A stretch of DNA of 63,723 bases, counting the filler, from Octopus bimaculoides (taxonomy: Eukaryota), in assembly GCF_001194135.2 (NCBI RefSeq). It is 7 parts of 7 records of this genome, joined end to end, with 100 filler letters (N's around TTAATTAATTAA, not from the genome) between each part and the next. Parts side by side here need not be neighbours in the genome. Positions count along the whole stretch, not along the records: positions 41,896 to 62,370 come from NC_068982.1; positions 62,471 to 63,723 come from NW_026432578.1; 5 more parts are not named here. One strand, written 5' to 3'. The notes below the pieces were generated by a model. It made no database searches and was not told the DNA's origin. It saw only the letters and a program-made list of their open reading frames with translations. Position 1 is the stretch's first letter, and every line of letters begins with the position of its first letter. The translations under genes and the position numbers were made by a program. Shown piece by piece: positions 49,496-63,685 of the stretch.

Positions 49496-52172
49496 AAAAG
49501 AGAAGAGACACATACACACGCGAGAAGCTGAGGACATTTTCTTTTTTTACATTTCTAATTCTTTAGTTTTTCAGTCATTGCAATATAACCATGCTGGAGC
49601 TCTGTCTAAATATCCGGTTCTGTTGGAACGTCACTGTGTATGTCAAAGACTCGCGTAGGGTCTCTAATCGGTTGATCATCAAAGTTATAGAGAAGGCCTT
49701 ACTGAGTGTTTTGGTTGCTGTAGATGGTTGATCGGAGATTACAAGAGCATGTCCCCTTTAAGTGCCCCTTTTGTATTACAGAAAGATGTATGTCTATGTT
49801 CCCCTTCAAATGTCTTAGACATTGGTTATGTCTCATGATCATTAAAAGAGACAGTTGTACAATTGTTACTGCACAATCTGCTCCTGATGTCACGAATCTG
49901 AGAAAGTAAGTGTTGGGATGTGATACCATCTACCATTCCTATTGTTTAGCTTCTCCTCTTGGATGCAAATATTTGGTGCTAGACTTACCAAAAATATTCT
50001 TAATATTCATGATAATATACCATTCCTGTTGACCTTCCTGAAAAGTCAATATGTAAAGTGCTTTCTCGCGGTTATGAGAAATTTCATTGCAAATATTTTT
50101 ACTTTAGGAAAATTTGCCGTAAAAAAATAGCAAAAAAAAAATATTAGCTGTTTTCTTAAAATGGCAACTTCATCAATTAACTTACCAGTGAGAGAAAGGT
50201 AATTTCTTTAAAGTGAGTTGTCTAGTTTACAGTTTGCTTGTATGCCTCCTTCACGGCGAAATTTCCTATGGCAAATTTTCCCATAACAAAAATGTTTCCG
50301 TCGAATTTTCCGGACACGCTTTCTCGTTAGTTTACTATCTTTGGTTCTCTCATAAAAGTGTAGCAGATTCGAAACCGAATGGACAAATTGCCAACTAAAA
50401 GTCACGGCTTAGTAACAACAACTATTTCACGTGATCGGTCAATGAACTGACCAATTAGCATCGAGATTACCTTCCAGAACGTCTAACGAAGCTTCTAAAT
50501 AGGCGAGTTTTAACGCCAACTCTTTGCAGAGTGTCGAAGGCGAATGGGCGAAGTCCGCCTCTACTCGTACCAGGCATATTTGCGCAGAGACCGGCCGATT
50601 CATTTTACACGTCTCGCCTTTTGCTACAGTTTGTGGGAAATAGTTGCTATGCAAACCACAATCTTACTTGGCAGTATTTAACAGTCGTTCTAACGATTCC
50701 TTATTCAACCAAATAGACAACAGTTACAGTTTTGAATTCATGAATCCAGCTTGATATTCCCTCCAGTCGAGGCAGCGTATTAACTGAGCCTACTTAATCG
50801 ACTATTTTCTAATAACTACAGAATTGTTCTTCCAGTGTGTAAACTTTATTGTGTTTTTAATTCAAGACCAGCATGGGAAATATTTCGAACACTGAATAAA
50901 GTTACTATTAATCGTTGGCGAAGTGTCGTTACTCATCTATACGCAGCCACTCAAACACTTTACGACAAAAATACTGTACAATGTCTATTGTTGGTGAATA
51001 ACGATTGAGCTGTTATTACAGCACCATTGTGACCAACAACCAACCTACTGTACTGAAGAAAAGTCAAGTTAACATCCCTGTCGCCCCTGTCATAGACCCT
51101 ATCCTCTGCGCATGTTAGCAATAACGGGTTCCTCTTTGAGAAAGATGCATCTGTGGTCCGAATTACGTTCAGGTCACGAGAAAAATTCAGTTTTTTTTTT
51201 TTTCAAAAATTTCAGTGACAAAAACCCATTTAAATACTTCAATATATTTGAAAATTTTATTTTTAGTTCAACCCGATAGATGCAGTTGTGTGCAGAACAA
51301 TGTATGTGTACCGGTGGACGTGTCCAGCTGTTTCAGTTTTAATATATTCTGGTCAGGATAAAAAATCAACATAAATAACTAGACTTAATCTAACTTATGT
51401 AAATATATACAAGAACAAACAACCCGCGCGTGTGTGTGTGTGCGTGTGTACCTATATATGTGTTTATGTATAACCTATACACATGGACAATACACAAATA
51501 TTGTGCAAATAAAATTACGTACATACAAACACACACTTATACACATTCTTATATATACACACATGTAATATACGTGTGTATAACATTTATTCATTAATAT
51601 ACATTCTTATAGATATATGCGCGCGCACGTCTGTGTGTGAGTGTGCATACACATAGATACGTACATATACAGACAATAAGTGAGAACTGGGTAGGCTCAG
51701 TGTAGAACACCCAGGATTTAAACTTAAATTCCGAATTCTTCGTCCAGGGCCCGCAGCGTCAAGAGAAATCCGTTTCGAGCTGCTATCCACGTATTAAGGG
51801 AGCGAAACACAAGCTTGATAGGAATATATTTATATGCAGCAGAAAAGATACAGAATAAGATATACAGAAAATACACAGCTTCAGTTTATGTATTTTCTTT
51901 TCTTATTCTGTACATTTATTCGGTATTTTCTGTGCTGCATACATCCAACACATACATACATAGATACATACATACATACATACATACATACATACATACA
52001 TACATACATACATACATGCCTACCTACATACATACGTACATACATACATACATACGTACATACATACATACATACATACGATGCCGATTGGTTAAGGAGG
52101 CATTGCTTCCTGTCCTGACACCGACCAACGTCCAGTCAAGTTTCACGCGATCAGTCATTGGACCCTCTACAG

Positions 52173-52427
52173 CAGTGGTTCGCAACCGGGATCCATATAA
52201 CCCTCGAGGGTCCATGTAAGATTTTGTTGTTAAAATTTATCTCTAATTAATTGGTTATAGTTTACGAAACACAAAATATTTTAGCCATCTTTTCATGCAA
52301 TTCCCATTAATATTTAAATATAAAACCATAACAGGATTTTATTGAAACATTGACTGTCTTTGGGGGTCCAGTGGAATAAAATAGGAATGGAAGAGGTCCA
52401 TAGGCAAAAAATGGTTGAGAAGTACTG
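52173..52427. mobile_element. hAT (Charlie-type) MITE, 255 bp
   Basis: Termini cagtggttcgcaacc and ggttgagaagtactg; 8-bp flanks ctctacag and ctctattg (6/8) fit a hAT target-site duplication. Confidence 0.7.
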
Positions 52428-53956
52428 CTCTATTGAGAGGAATAGCTTCATTCACGAAGGTTTCTTCGTTTCCTATGCCACACTTCGTCCTTTAAACATT
52501 GATGAAGATTTCACAGCAACAGCCATTTCACAGTTCTTTCTCCATCAACTCTAAATGTTGCAACAGCAAGCCAACCAGGACCATCTTGCTGAGATTTCAA
52601 AGCCTCTCCCACTCCGAGGATTCCAGTTCCTTTTATTAAAAGTTGGTCAAAAGGAAAAGAAAAGAGAGGAGAAAACCCGAAAGGATCTGAGAAAGCTGAA
52701 AAGATTTAAAAGACGTCGCTGGTACAAGTGGATCAGACGACGAAGGAGGAGGAGGATGAGGAGGAGGAGAAGAAGGAGAAGAAGGAGAAGAAGAAGAAGG
52801 AGAAGGAGAAGGGGAGGAGGAGGAGGAGGAGGGAAAGNNNNNNNNNNNNNNNNNNNNNNNNNNNNNNNNNNNNNNNNNNNNNNNNNNNNNNNNNNNNNNN
52901 NNNNNNNNNNNNNNNNNNNNNNNNNNNNNNNNNNNNNNNNNNNNNNNNNNNNNNNNNNNNNAGGAGACGGTGGGGGGAGGAGACGGTGGGGGGAGGAGGA
53001 GGAGGAGGAGAAATAATTTACATGGACATCACATCTGATAATGTGGGTCTATTCGACGGTGATCAAAGCAGGGGTTTAGAAAGGTGTTTAGAGTGTTTTT
53101 GGGGGTGAGACTATATTCTGGGAGTTTTTGCAAACAAGGAAATAGTAAACACACTGTTGTATTTGGGATATTTGCAAGGGTTGGTGAAATAAACAAAAAA
53201 CGATAAGGTAAGCATTAAAATCTTGAAACATGTTCAGCGCAAATATTTGGTGCGCCCTGAATTCCCAATGCCAGGTGACACTGAAATAATGCAGACATGA
53301 TCGTGAGGACATGATGTTCATTGTGTTTGTCCCGGACAACAATGGAAGTGCAAAGCCTTGTCAGTGGAAACCTATGCTTATTATTGATCTCGCGGTCGAC
53401 AAATCAGAGTAAACACAGGACCATGTTGTCGAGCTATAAACCATATTTACAGTCGAGAAACCAAAGAAACGATCCAGGTTGAAGTCACTTCATAAAAAAA
53501 TATATATCCCTAGAATTGATAGATTGGACTGGTGCCAGTAAAGTTCTTCAATTGTCCTTGTGTGATGTAACGTGACCCACCTTCCAACTTACCCCTTATG
53601 TGGGGCAAGTTGGAACCTTTAACTTTGCTTCCCCAAAAAGTTGTTCCTTTTCTTGTCTTTTTTTAGGAATCACTTTAAACTTCTGCTGAACATGTTTATT
53701 ATTGTATACAAACACACATGCGCACTCGCGCACGCACACACAGACACCCACCCACCCACACACACACACATACACACACACACACACACATAGGATGATG
53801 TGGATTTATATCAATTTAGTCATATATTGAAAATAAGCGTTTTGTGACATGTGCGGCAGCTGACCTTCCCTCCACCTATAATATACAGATAGATAGGCAT
53901 ACATAGCAGTATATACATATATACATACACATACATGAATGCACATATATACAATA

Positions 53957-54345
53957 GGCGCAGAAGTGGCTGTTAGGTAAGTAGCTTGCTTACCAACCAC
54001 ATGGTTTCGGGTTCAGTCCCACTGCGTGGCACCTTGGGCAAGTGTCCTCTACTATAGCCTCGGGCCGACCAAAGCCTTATGAGTAGATTTGGTAGACAGA
54101 AACTGAAAGAAGCCCGTCGTATGTGTGTGTGTGTCTATGTTTGTCCCCCCCCCAACATCGCTTGACAACCGATGCTGGCGTGTTTACGTCCCCGTAACTT
54201 AGCGGTTCGGCAAAAGAAACTGATAGACTAGGCTTACAAAGTACTAGGCTTACAAGGAATAAGCCCTGGGGTCGATTTGCTCGACTGAAGGCGATGCTCC
54301 GGCATAGCCACAGTCAAATGACTGAAACAAGTAAAAGAATAAAAG
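53957..54345 (+). mobile_element. Full-length CORE-type tRNA-derived SINE (family 1 reference copy)
   Basis: tRNA-like head, CORE-like gcaccttgggcaagtg, internal (TG)n, tail ending cagtcaaatgactgaaacaagtaaaagaata. Confidence 0.9.
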
Positions 54346-54358
54346 AAAATAATATATG

Positions 54359-54440
<82 letters not shown>

Positions 54441-55011
54441 GAGACATGCAGGAAGTAAATAGACACCTTTAATTTTCAAAATTTCTCGTATAAGCGTCTT
54501 GATATCTTTCCAGCGGTGTAGAATTTACGATGTAATTATTCTCTTTCATTCCAGGTGCCATTATATTAAACATTTGCCAAGACTAACCATACCACGCACA
54601 AAAAAAATCATCACAGCTGTCAGATTTTCAAAGATGTCGTATGGTTGGGCAATCTGAGGCTGGTCTTAGCCAGCGAAAAATTGCCGAAAATCTTCAAATT
54701 CCTCTTGCTACTGTTAATAGAATTATAGTGCAATTCAAAAGCCAAGGAAAAGAATCACCAGATTCTCATTCCGGCCGACCTGGTGCATCGGAAAGGAAGC
54801 TTCGCTGTTTGAAGAGAATTGTGGAAAACGAACCCCGTTCGAAGGCTTCTGACATTGCAAAATAGTTAGAAGTTAGTCCAAGAACGTGTGTTACATATCT
54901 GCATAAGCTTGGGTATTATGGACGACCAGCAAGAAGAAAACCTCTCCTTCGACCAATTAATATCAAATAAAAGATTTTGAAAATTAACGGTGCCTATTTA
55001 CTTCCTGCATG

Positions 55012-55015
<4 letters not shown>
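54441..55015 (+). mobile_element. Internally deleted Tc1 element with both 27-bp TIRs and the N-terminal HTH
   Basis: TIRs gagacatgcaggaagtaaatagacacc and ggtgcctatttacttcctgcatgactg; ORF 54641-54865 SQRKIAENLQIPLATVNRII...GRP. Confidence 0.88.
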
Positions 55016-55046
<31 letters not shown>

Positions 55047-55575
55047 AAAAATGGGACAAGAACGCAAAACATCCAGACAGTTAGGTGCTCTTCCACTTCA
55101 CTGTCCCTTTCATTTTTTTCTCGCCCCTCCTTAATTCTTCTATCCCTCTGCCTCTATCTCTCTCTCTTCTCTGCCCACGTGACCGTTGTTCGGCCAAGCC
55201 TGACTTTTCTTTCTTGGTTCGACTACCATCCGTACAACATCTAAGGAATGTGTAAAGTGCTCGTTGAAGGCCTGTGAACTATGAGAGGTCAGTTGGGGAC
55301 TCAATCCTTGTGATCGCCACCAGTGGGAGTAAACAAGTAAAAGAAGGACTGGGCAGCTTAGAATGAGCAAACATTTTTTTCTTGCAGAATTTAAGTAAGC
55401 TGCTCAAAAACACTGTTGTAGTGAAAAGGGGGGAAGTTTGGTCAGCAATATCTATGGATGTGTATGTTTATGAAGAAATAAACATACAGAAGCCACAAGT
55501 TTAAAGAATAAATTTGTCTGCGCGCACAATGTTCTTTATGATTAGTGATGGTTTTCCTTGGATGAGAGTGGACAG

Positions 55576-55664
<89 letters not shown>

Positions 55665-55956
55665 TTTTGTTGAAAGCCCAGAAACTGCGGTGCTCGTCTC
55701 ATGGACGCATCTCTTATAGACATATGTCAATATAAAAAATACAGAACTACATCAATAGCGGGCGAAAAATGTTCAAGAACATCATCCCCGCTGCCACTCA
55801 TGTATTTCTGTGTTTTATTAACACTATACATTTATATGAGATGCTTTCTCGAGATGAATACCACAGTTCATAAGGCTTTCAACAGTATATCTGCTTTAAG
55901 TATAATATGCAGACTGCAATTTTGAACTAATAATTCTCCCGTCGCTAATGATGAAT

Positions 55957-55998
<42 letters not shown>

Positions 55999-56326
55999 CG
56001 AATGTATGTATATACAGAACCAGTTACTCCTTGTATCATAAGTGACAGAATATTCCACAGACATTTCATAATTTCCCGGTAGACTCGGTGTGACGCTACT
56101 TGAGACAGTACTTGGTCCTCAAATTTCGGTAGCTACACACAATCTCACGGGCTTCAACACAGTTTCCGTTTTCCTAAGTTTACTTTGAGGACGTGAGGTT
56201 AGGATTGACGACAGTTGCTCTAAATGCCGTGGAGTGGGATCGACCACTGGATCACATGATTAGGAAACGAACTTTTTAACCACTTCCCCATACACACAAA
56301 CACATAGACTCACTAACTCGTACGCA

Positions 56327-56396
<70 letters not shown>

Positions 56397-57126
56397 GTTT
56401 GTTCCACAAACCCTAGAAATTTCTCGATAAATATTTTTCAAGAACTTCTGAGTTGTTCCAACATTATTTCTTTGTTTTTTGTTTTTTTTTTGTCTTTTTA
56501 TTATATTTTTACTCTGTCTTATTTATATATTTTTTATTAACTTTTCTTTCTATCTTTCATTCGACGCCATTGTCATTTTTGCTCAGTGGAAAAGAGAAAA
56601 AATGTTAGAAAACAAATCTTCTCCAAAAAACAAACAGAGTCGATAGAGGAACCCCTGATGGTCTTCAATTTGGTGTCGTCGATAACAGAGGATTGTCGAC
56701 GTAGATCTATCTGCGAAAGATTGCGGACAGGTGTTAAATGGTACTTCATCTCCGAACAATCCCACACCGCCCCGCCACCGCTGATCTTTGCCGCCTGATG
56801 CGAATCAATGTGTGTAGATGCGAATGCGTAGAAGTGTGTGTGTGCATGCGTGTGTGCGTGTGTGTGTGTGTGTGTGTGTATGGCTGAAATCCATGGCCGT
56901 GTTCTAACAACAATATTCAATAGACAGAGAGAGAAATCTTCAGCTGCCGATAGTGTCTTTCATTAAGTTGACAACGTCATTGACAGCAACCAATCGGATG
57001 AAAGCAGACGATTATTGGGTCTTTACCGTGTGCACGCGCTTACGTGTGTGTGTGTGTATTTATATATGTATATGAGTATGTGTGTGTATATGAGTATGTG
57101 TGTGTATATATGTATGTACGTATGTG

Positions 57127-57169
<43 letters not shown>

Positions 57170-57401
57170 CTGCGTATGTGCGTGTGTGTGTATGTATGCA
57201 TATGTGTGTATATGTGTCTCTATATAAATATATATACACACATATGTATGTATGTATGTATATATCCATGTATGTGCTTCTCCGGATTTATGTATTTCTA
57301 CAAACGACATATATATATACATAGGTAGGTAGGTAGGTAGGTAGGTAGGGCGATAGATATAGATAGATAAATAAATATAAATATAAATATATATATAGAG
57401 G

Positions 57402-57448
<47 letters not shown>

Positions 57449-57886
57449 NNNNNNNNNNNNNNNNNNNNNNNNNNNNNNNNNNNNNNNNNNNNNNNNNNNN
57501 NNNNNNNNNNNNNNNNNNNNNNNNNNNNNNNNNNNNNNNNNNNNNNNNNNNNNNNNNNNNNNNNNNNNNNNNNNNNNNNNNNNNNNNNNNNNNNNTATAT
57601 ATATGTATATATATATATATATAGATATAAATATAGATATATATACACACACATTATATATGTATACGTAGGAGTATTGTGTTTGTATGTGCGTGTGCGT
57701 ATACTTGTGTATGTTCGAGATTAGTAGGGGTGGTGGTGAGGAGTTGTTATTGGTAAATTTTATTATTATTGTTATTATTATTATCATTATTATTTTCAAT
57801 TTCCCAATCACAGGACAATAAAGGGAAATTAGTTCGAACGCAAAAAGAAATTGATGGTTTATACATACATACATACATACATACAT

Positions 57887-57926
<40 letters not shown>

Positions 57927-58083
57927 GTGTGTGGGGGGTGTACGTCTGTATGTGTATATGGATATACACATACACACGTACATATATACATATATTTATA
58001 ATGCATTCACATGTATGTATATCTATCTATCTCTCTGTCTCTGTCTCTGCCTCGCGTTCTCTTTGTGTGTATGTCTCTCTCTC

Positions 58084-58132
<49 letters not shown>

Positions 58133-58938
58133 ATACATATACATACATATGTATACATATATGCATCTTGCGCGCGCGCGCACACAGACACACCAAGGCA
58201 CGTACACAGACATGCATCCGTAGGTACTGAAATCTACGTCCGTATGTAGATATTCATTTACATTCATTGTCATATCAGAAGAAACAAGAAGACTGTTTCT
58301 TTCAATCTATTCAAGAAACACACACACACGCACACAAACACACACACATACACACACACACACATTTAGGAAAGGGATGGAAGGAAGGGAGGGGTAGTGT
58401 GTGTGTGTGTGTGTGTGTGTAAACGTGTTAATTTTACAAAGTGTATAAAAAAAGTTGTGTGTGAAGATGGACCAACCACTGAGAAAGAACTCAGAAAACG
58501 GTTATTTCCGATAAAAAATAAAATAAAATAGACTAAAATAAATAAATAAATGAATAAAGACTCCAACATTAAAAAAAAAAAAACAGAAATGAAATCTGCA
58601 GAACTTGAACGGTAAAAATTCTTGTTAATTGCCCAGCAATTTGAATAACGACTGTGTCGTCTTCTTTTCTGAAGAGAGTGTGTCCATGTGTATATACGTG
58701 TTGTGTGCGTGTGTTTGTGTGTATTTGCGTATGTGTGTGTGCATCTCATGTATGTATATGTAATCCAACCACTTCTAAACTTTACTTCTGCCTCTCGGCC
58801 CTTTAATACTCCGAACATTCATCTCTGCCGAAACGAAACCATTGATGACTTTTGGAACTTTCTAATTTCAATAAGACATCTTTAAACCCGTATTGAGTTC
58901 TCTTATGTAGATTTTTAACTCACATAGACTCACACACA

Positions 58939-58985
<47 letters not shown>

Positions 58986-60039
58986 GATGAAAGGTGGCAC
59001 CTTCATTGAATAACAATTGAAAATCGGATAATTTGCTGGGAAACTCTGAGTACCGAATCCGAGCGTTTCATCTTCGTATGTTATACAAAATATATTCTTC
59101 TTTTTCATTGCTATTGAGGTCTACTTCTTTTGTTTTTACACACGTGGTTAATCGTTGTGTGTGTGTGTGTGTGTGTCCTCGACACAATTTCCACCCTCAA
59201 ATCGCTCGCTGGTCAATGAGAAACAATGGCAGAAGCCATGTGCCTCAAGTGGTGCCGCATAGTGAACCCAAAACCGGAACCATGTAGCTGAGCAGCGAAC
59301 ATATTAAAGCACATGGTTGCTGCAGCACCCATGAAGTGTTTGTGTTCTTACACCATATCCACGTTAAACTGGAGATCAAGATAATCTTTTGGTATTAATA
59401 CTGCTTTTGTCGCAATTAATTATTCTCTAATAAGACCCCAGGCTATTTACGACACCAGTGATTGAACCGACACTAATATTCTCGGTGTCAAAGACGGGAG
59501 ATTCAGCTGTTGTGCCACTACTGGATATCTGCCACTGAGGAACCTGTAGCAGAGTGAAATTACATGACCTGGCAGTTCCAGTGGCCGTAACAAACGATTC
59601 TTGTCTGTCAACAATATAATTCCAAGTACTTTTATGCGCCACTTCTTATGAAAGATTCTCTCAAGGTAAATAACGAAGTACTCTGTCTTCTAACATCCAC
59701 GTTAAGTTGGTGATCAAGATTACCTTCTAATATATATATATATATATANNNNNNNNNNNNNNNNNNNNNNNNNNNNNNNNNNNNNNNNNNNNNNNNNNNN
59801 NNNNNNNNNNNNNNNNNNNNNNNNNNNNNNNNNNNNNNNNNNNNNNNNNNNNNNNNNNNNNNNNNNNNNNNNNNNNNNNNNNNNNNNNNNNNNNNNNNNN
59901 NNNNNNNNNNNNNNNNNNNNNNNNNNNNNNNNNNNNNNNNNNNNNNNNNNNNNNNNNNNNNNNNNNNNNNNNNNNNNNNNNNNNNNNNNNNNNNNGACAT
60001 CTCCTTTTAACAGATAGATTTACCAAAATTGCATAAAAA

Positions 60040-60825
60040 TATCTTGAAATACTAAAGAGTAAATTTATTCAACAAAATCAACATTGGCTTCAACCATAGG
60101 CTGCAGACGACTTCGGAATTTCCTGCAACTCTTCTGGGTGGTCTCCTTGTTTAAATTGGTGAATGCTGCCATAATCTTTGTCTTAAGTTCATCTTTGTTT
60201 TACAAGGAGTTTTGTTGGACTCTCGCTCAACTGCGCCCCACACATAATAATCAAGGGGGTTGCAGTCTGAGGAGTTAGGTGGCCTGATGTTAGGGGTGAG
60301 GTGGTCGCAGAAATTGTCTGACAGCCAAGACTGGGTTCTCCTGCTTGTCTGGGATGGTGTAGAGTCCTGTTGCCAGACATAAGGTCTTCCAGCAACCACC
60401 CTCTTCACCCAGGGCAGCACTACCTCCTCCAGGCATTTGATGTTGGCCTCCGTGTTGAGTCTGATGCCATGTGGGAAGATGAATGGAGGCATAACGTCGC
60501 CATCGCTAGTGATCACTCCAAACACCATGATGTTGACTGGACGTTTGATTTTTATCACTCTCGGTGCGTGTCCTCAGATTGCACTGTTCTCAACTCGACA
60601 CCCAAACACTCTGAAATGTTCGTATTGGAGCATCCAGCGCGAATGCCAAGCAGTACAGCATGTCGTTTCCAAATTTCTGGCAGAGTGGATTGCCTCATGG
60701 TGCTGGTTTTCTCACAGACGGTGCCTAGCTGATCCTACTATACAGTTTAGTCGACAAAATCAAAAACAATGCGCATGTGCGAAATTAAAAATATGAATTG
60801 GCGACAATTTACCCATCGCACCCTG
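60040..60825 (-). mobile_element. maT (DD37D) mariner-group relic, internally deleted
   Basis: 5' end TA|CAGGGTG at 60825; ATG at 60698; WQQD-(37 aa)-D with NSSDCNPLDY. Confidence 0.85.
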
Positions 60826-60859
<34 letters not shown>

Positions 60860-60868
<9 letters not shown>

Positions 60869-62100
60869 CAGAAGTGAATAGACACCCGTTAAAACATTGT
60901 TTTACGTTTATTCTAACTTGTAGAGGTTTGTATTATTTTATTAATTGACATTTTTATGTTTCAGGTTCTCTATGTGATTGCTTAACCGTGCCATGTACAA
61001 AAGAAGCCTTGGAACTGTCTGGATTTCAAAGAGGCCGTGTTGTGGGTCATTCTGAAAGTGGACAGAGTCAGCATAAAATTGCAGAAAACCTTGGAATCCT
61101 GCTTTCTACATTTAATAGAGCGAATGTGCAATTCCCTACAGAGAGGGAGGAGTCCACATCACCTCACCCAGATCAACCAGGGCCCTCTGACAGGACCCTT
61201 CTCTTTGCTTAGAGAAGTGTGGAGGATAATCCTGTGACATAGCAGAACAAGTTGATGACAGTCCAAGAACAGCTTTCAGGTATCTCCACAAATTTGGTTA
61301 CTCTGGCAGAGCAGCAAGAAGAAAGCCACTTCTTTGACCAGCCAAGATCAAGCGGAGAAAAGATTGGGCCAGTGGGATGGTGGAGAGGCCTCTGGCATTT
61401 TGGAACACTGTCATATTCTCTGATGAGTCCAGATTTGCTGTATTTCCTGAAAGTGATTGAGTGTGGGTCTGGAGACTCTGTGATCAAGAATTTGATGTGA
61501 AAAGATTGCAGCCAACAATGAAACATGGCAACTATTCTGTGATGGTCTGGGGAGCAATTTAGAGCAATGGTTGATCAGAGCTGGTGGAATGTGAGGGAAA
61601 CATAAACTCAGATAAATATGTGTCCATATTGCAGAAAGGACTCCTTCCAATCTTCTCCAATGGTGAAATGATTAAAAAAGACTCTTTATTTATGGAAGAT
61701 GGGTGTTCCTTGTCGCAGCAGCTAAAATGACCCGAGATTTGCTGGATGAGAATGGCATTAAAAAGTTTCCATGGCCAAGCCAGTCACCAGACATAAACCC
61801 TATCAAACGCTTCCGGGACATAATGGGCAGGACACTTCATAAAAAGAACAAAAAGCATCTTCAAAACCAGATCTTTTGAGATTTCTGCATGAAACTTGGC
61901 AAGAAATTGCGCAAGAGAAGATTCGTCGTCTGATCAGTAACATGCCTAATAGGATTCTTGCATTGAAAAATGCAAAGGGCATGTCTACTAAATATTAAAC
62001 ATCCACATTACAACGATTGATAGATAATTTGAACGTGTAACTTCAGGTTTAAAGAAATTTTAATGATTACAAGGTTGCCTATTTACTTCTGTCATGTCTG
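60860..62100 (+). mobile_element. Near full-length Tc1 element with pseudogenised transposase
   Basis: ELSGFQRGRVVG...VIFSDESRF...[12 protein letters not shown]...WPSQSPDINPI; TIRs gacagaagtgaatagacacc and ggttgcctatttacttctgtcatgtctg. Confidence 0.9.
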
Positions 62101-62308
62101 TGTGAATGTGTGTGTTCGTGTGTGTGTGTGTGTGTGTTCGTGTGTATGTGTGTGTGTGTGTGTGTGTGTCCGTCCAAATTTAGGGAATGAAGTAGATAAA
62201 ATCCAGGCTACATATGTTTCATAGCTAACAGAACCTCGGAAGTAGTAATTACCCAAACGAGGGGTAATCTGCTAACTACTATATATATACATACATACAT
62301 GTATTCAT

Positions 62309-62370
<62 letters not shown>

Positions 62371-62470
62371 NNNNNNNNNNNNNNNNNNNNNNNNNNNNNN
62401 NNNNNNNNNNNNNNTTAATTAATTAANNNNNNNNNNNNNNNNNNNNNNNNNNNNNNNNNNNNNNNNNNNN

Positions 62471-63009
62471 ATTTTCTTTGCAGCAGTAGTTGGCGCATTT
62501 CCTTCAACCTGATCAAGCTGATGGGTATCCAAGAGATCAGTAGCGAATTTTTTGCTCTCTTTCAGAACAGAGTGAAGTTTTTCCGGTCTTTCATGTTATT
62601 CAACAAGTTTCAGCATCCAATCGTTGGTTGTTTCAAGGTATTTGGCCAGTCCAATTGTGGTGGTTTTGTACGTAAGTTCAAGCTGGATCAAGCCTTGACC
62701 TTCCTGAGCTCTGGGAAGGCAAAGACGATCCACGTCTGCCTTTGGATGGTGCATCTTATTACAAGTCAGTAACTTACGGATTGTTCTATCAATTTTCATT
62801 ATTTCACTGGTATTCCAGTTAAGCACATTGAAGCTATAAAGAACAACTGGGACTGCTAAGGAATTTATGGCTAACACCTTATTATATGCATTCAGCTCAG
62901 ACTTCAAAACTGCTCGATCTCTTCTATAACATTCCTTCCTAACCTTCTCTTTCATGTTTGCATGCTGGATACCAGAGCCTTCATTTATTCCTAGGTATTT
63001 ACAGGTTTA

Positions 63010-63010
<1 letters not shown>
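62471..63010 (-). mobile_element. R4/Dong-like LINE fragment (post-RT region) starting right after (TAA)n
   Basis: KYLGI...KVRKECYRR..AVLKSELNAYNKV.AINSLAVPV..YSF...HPKADVDRLCLPR..G.GL. Confidence 0.88.
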
Positions 63011-63050
<40 letters not shown>

Positions 63051-63095
63051 GTAGTAGTAGTAGTAGTAGTAGTAGTATTATTATTATTATTATTG

Positions 63096-63148
<53 letters not shown>

Positions 63149-63653
63149 GAGTAAGAGAGCAGTGCATGATATCAAAGTGACATTGGGGTAAAATATACGA
63201 AACCAAGTATACCCATCATGGCTACTCGTCTGATAAAGGTACATCAGGCACAAGCATCACAACCATTTGTGCGCGACATTGCGATCTCATATCAAGATAA
63301 ACAGCGCATGACCTCGCAGGTGGGGCCCAGTTAGAATTTTTTTCAGATTGAGTAGCCCATCTTGCTCAGAAGGTCCCTGAATAACGGTTGTTTAAGAATG
63401 TTGAACGACAGCACATGGATATGATGCTCCCCCACTACTTCTGCTCATGATCAGAGATGCACATATCGTCAGCCACCAAGGGACATGCTCAACTGGTTCA
63501 GATCAAACAACTGACAAGCAAATCTGTGGTATTGAGCAGAATATTTGCTGTAGTCCATCTTTTATACCAAGACAAAACAGTGTACATGATAACACTTCCA
63601 ATCGATTAAGATCAGAAGTCACGAGAGCCACTGCCTGGTACTGCATTCGGGCA
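63149..63653. repeat. Unclassified ~505-bp non-coding segment embedded in an (ATT)n array
   Basis: Sharp boundaries against (ATT)n on both sides; no ORF or known motif recognised; element status inferred. Confidence 0.45.
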
Positions 63654-63685
63654 TTTTATTATTATCATCATCCTCATCATCATCT

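Noticed and set aside
50439-50716. CpG-rich stretch with 60-85 codon open frames on both strands (similar case at 56573-56920)
   Set aside because: No recognisable domain or convincing paired splice sites; cannot be supported as coding
52555-53016. Arg/Lys-rich protamine-like ORF
   Set aside because: Derived from (AGG)/(AGA)n repeats and a gap
59357-59726. 32-bp direct repeat pair (27/32 identical) 338 bp apart
   Set aside because: Only two degenerate copies; most simply remnants of an old repeat, with no structure to support more
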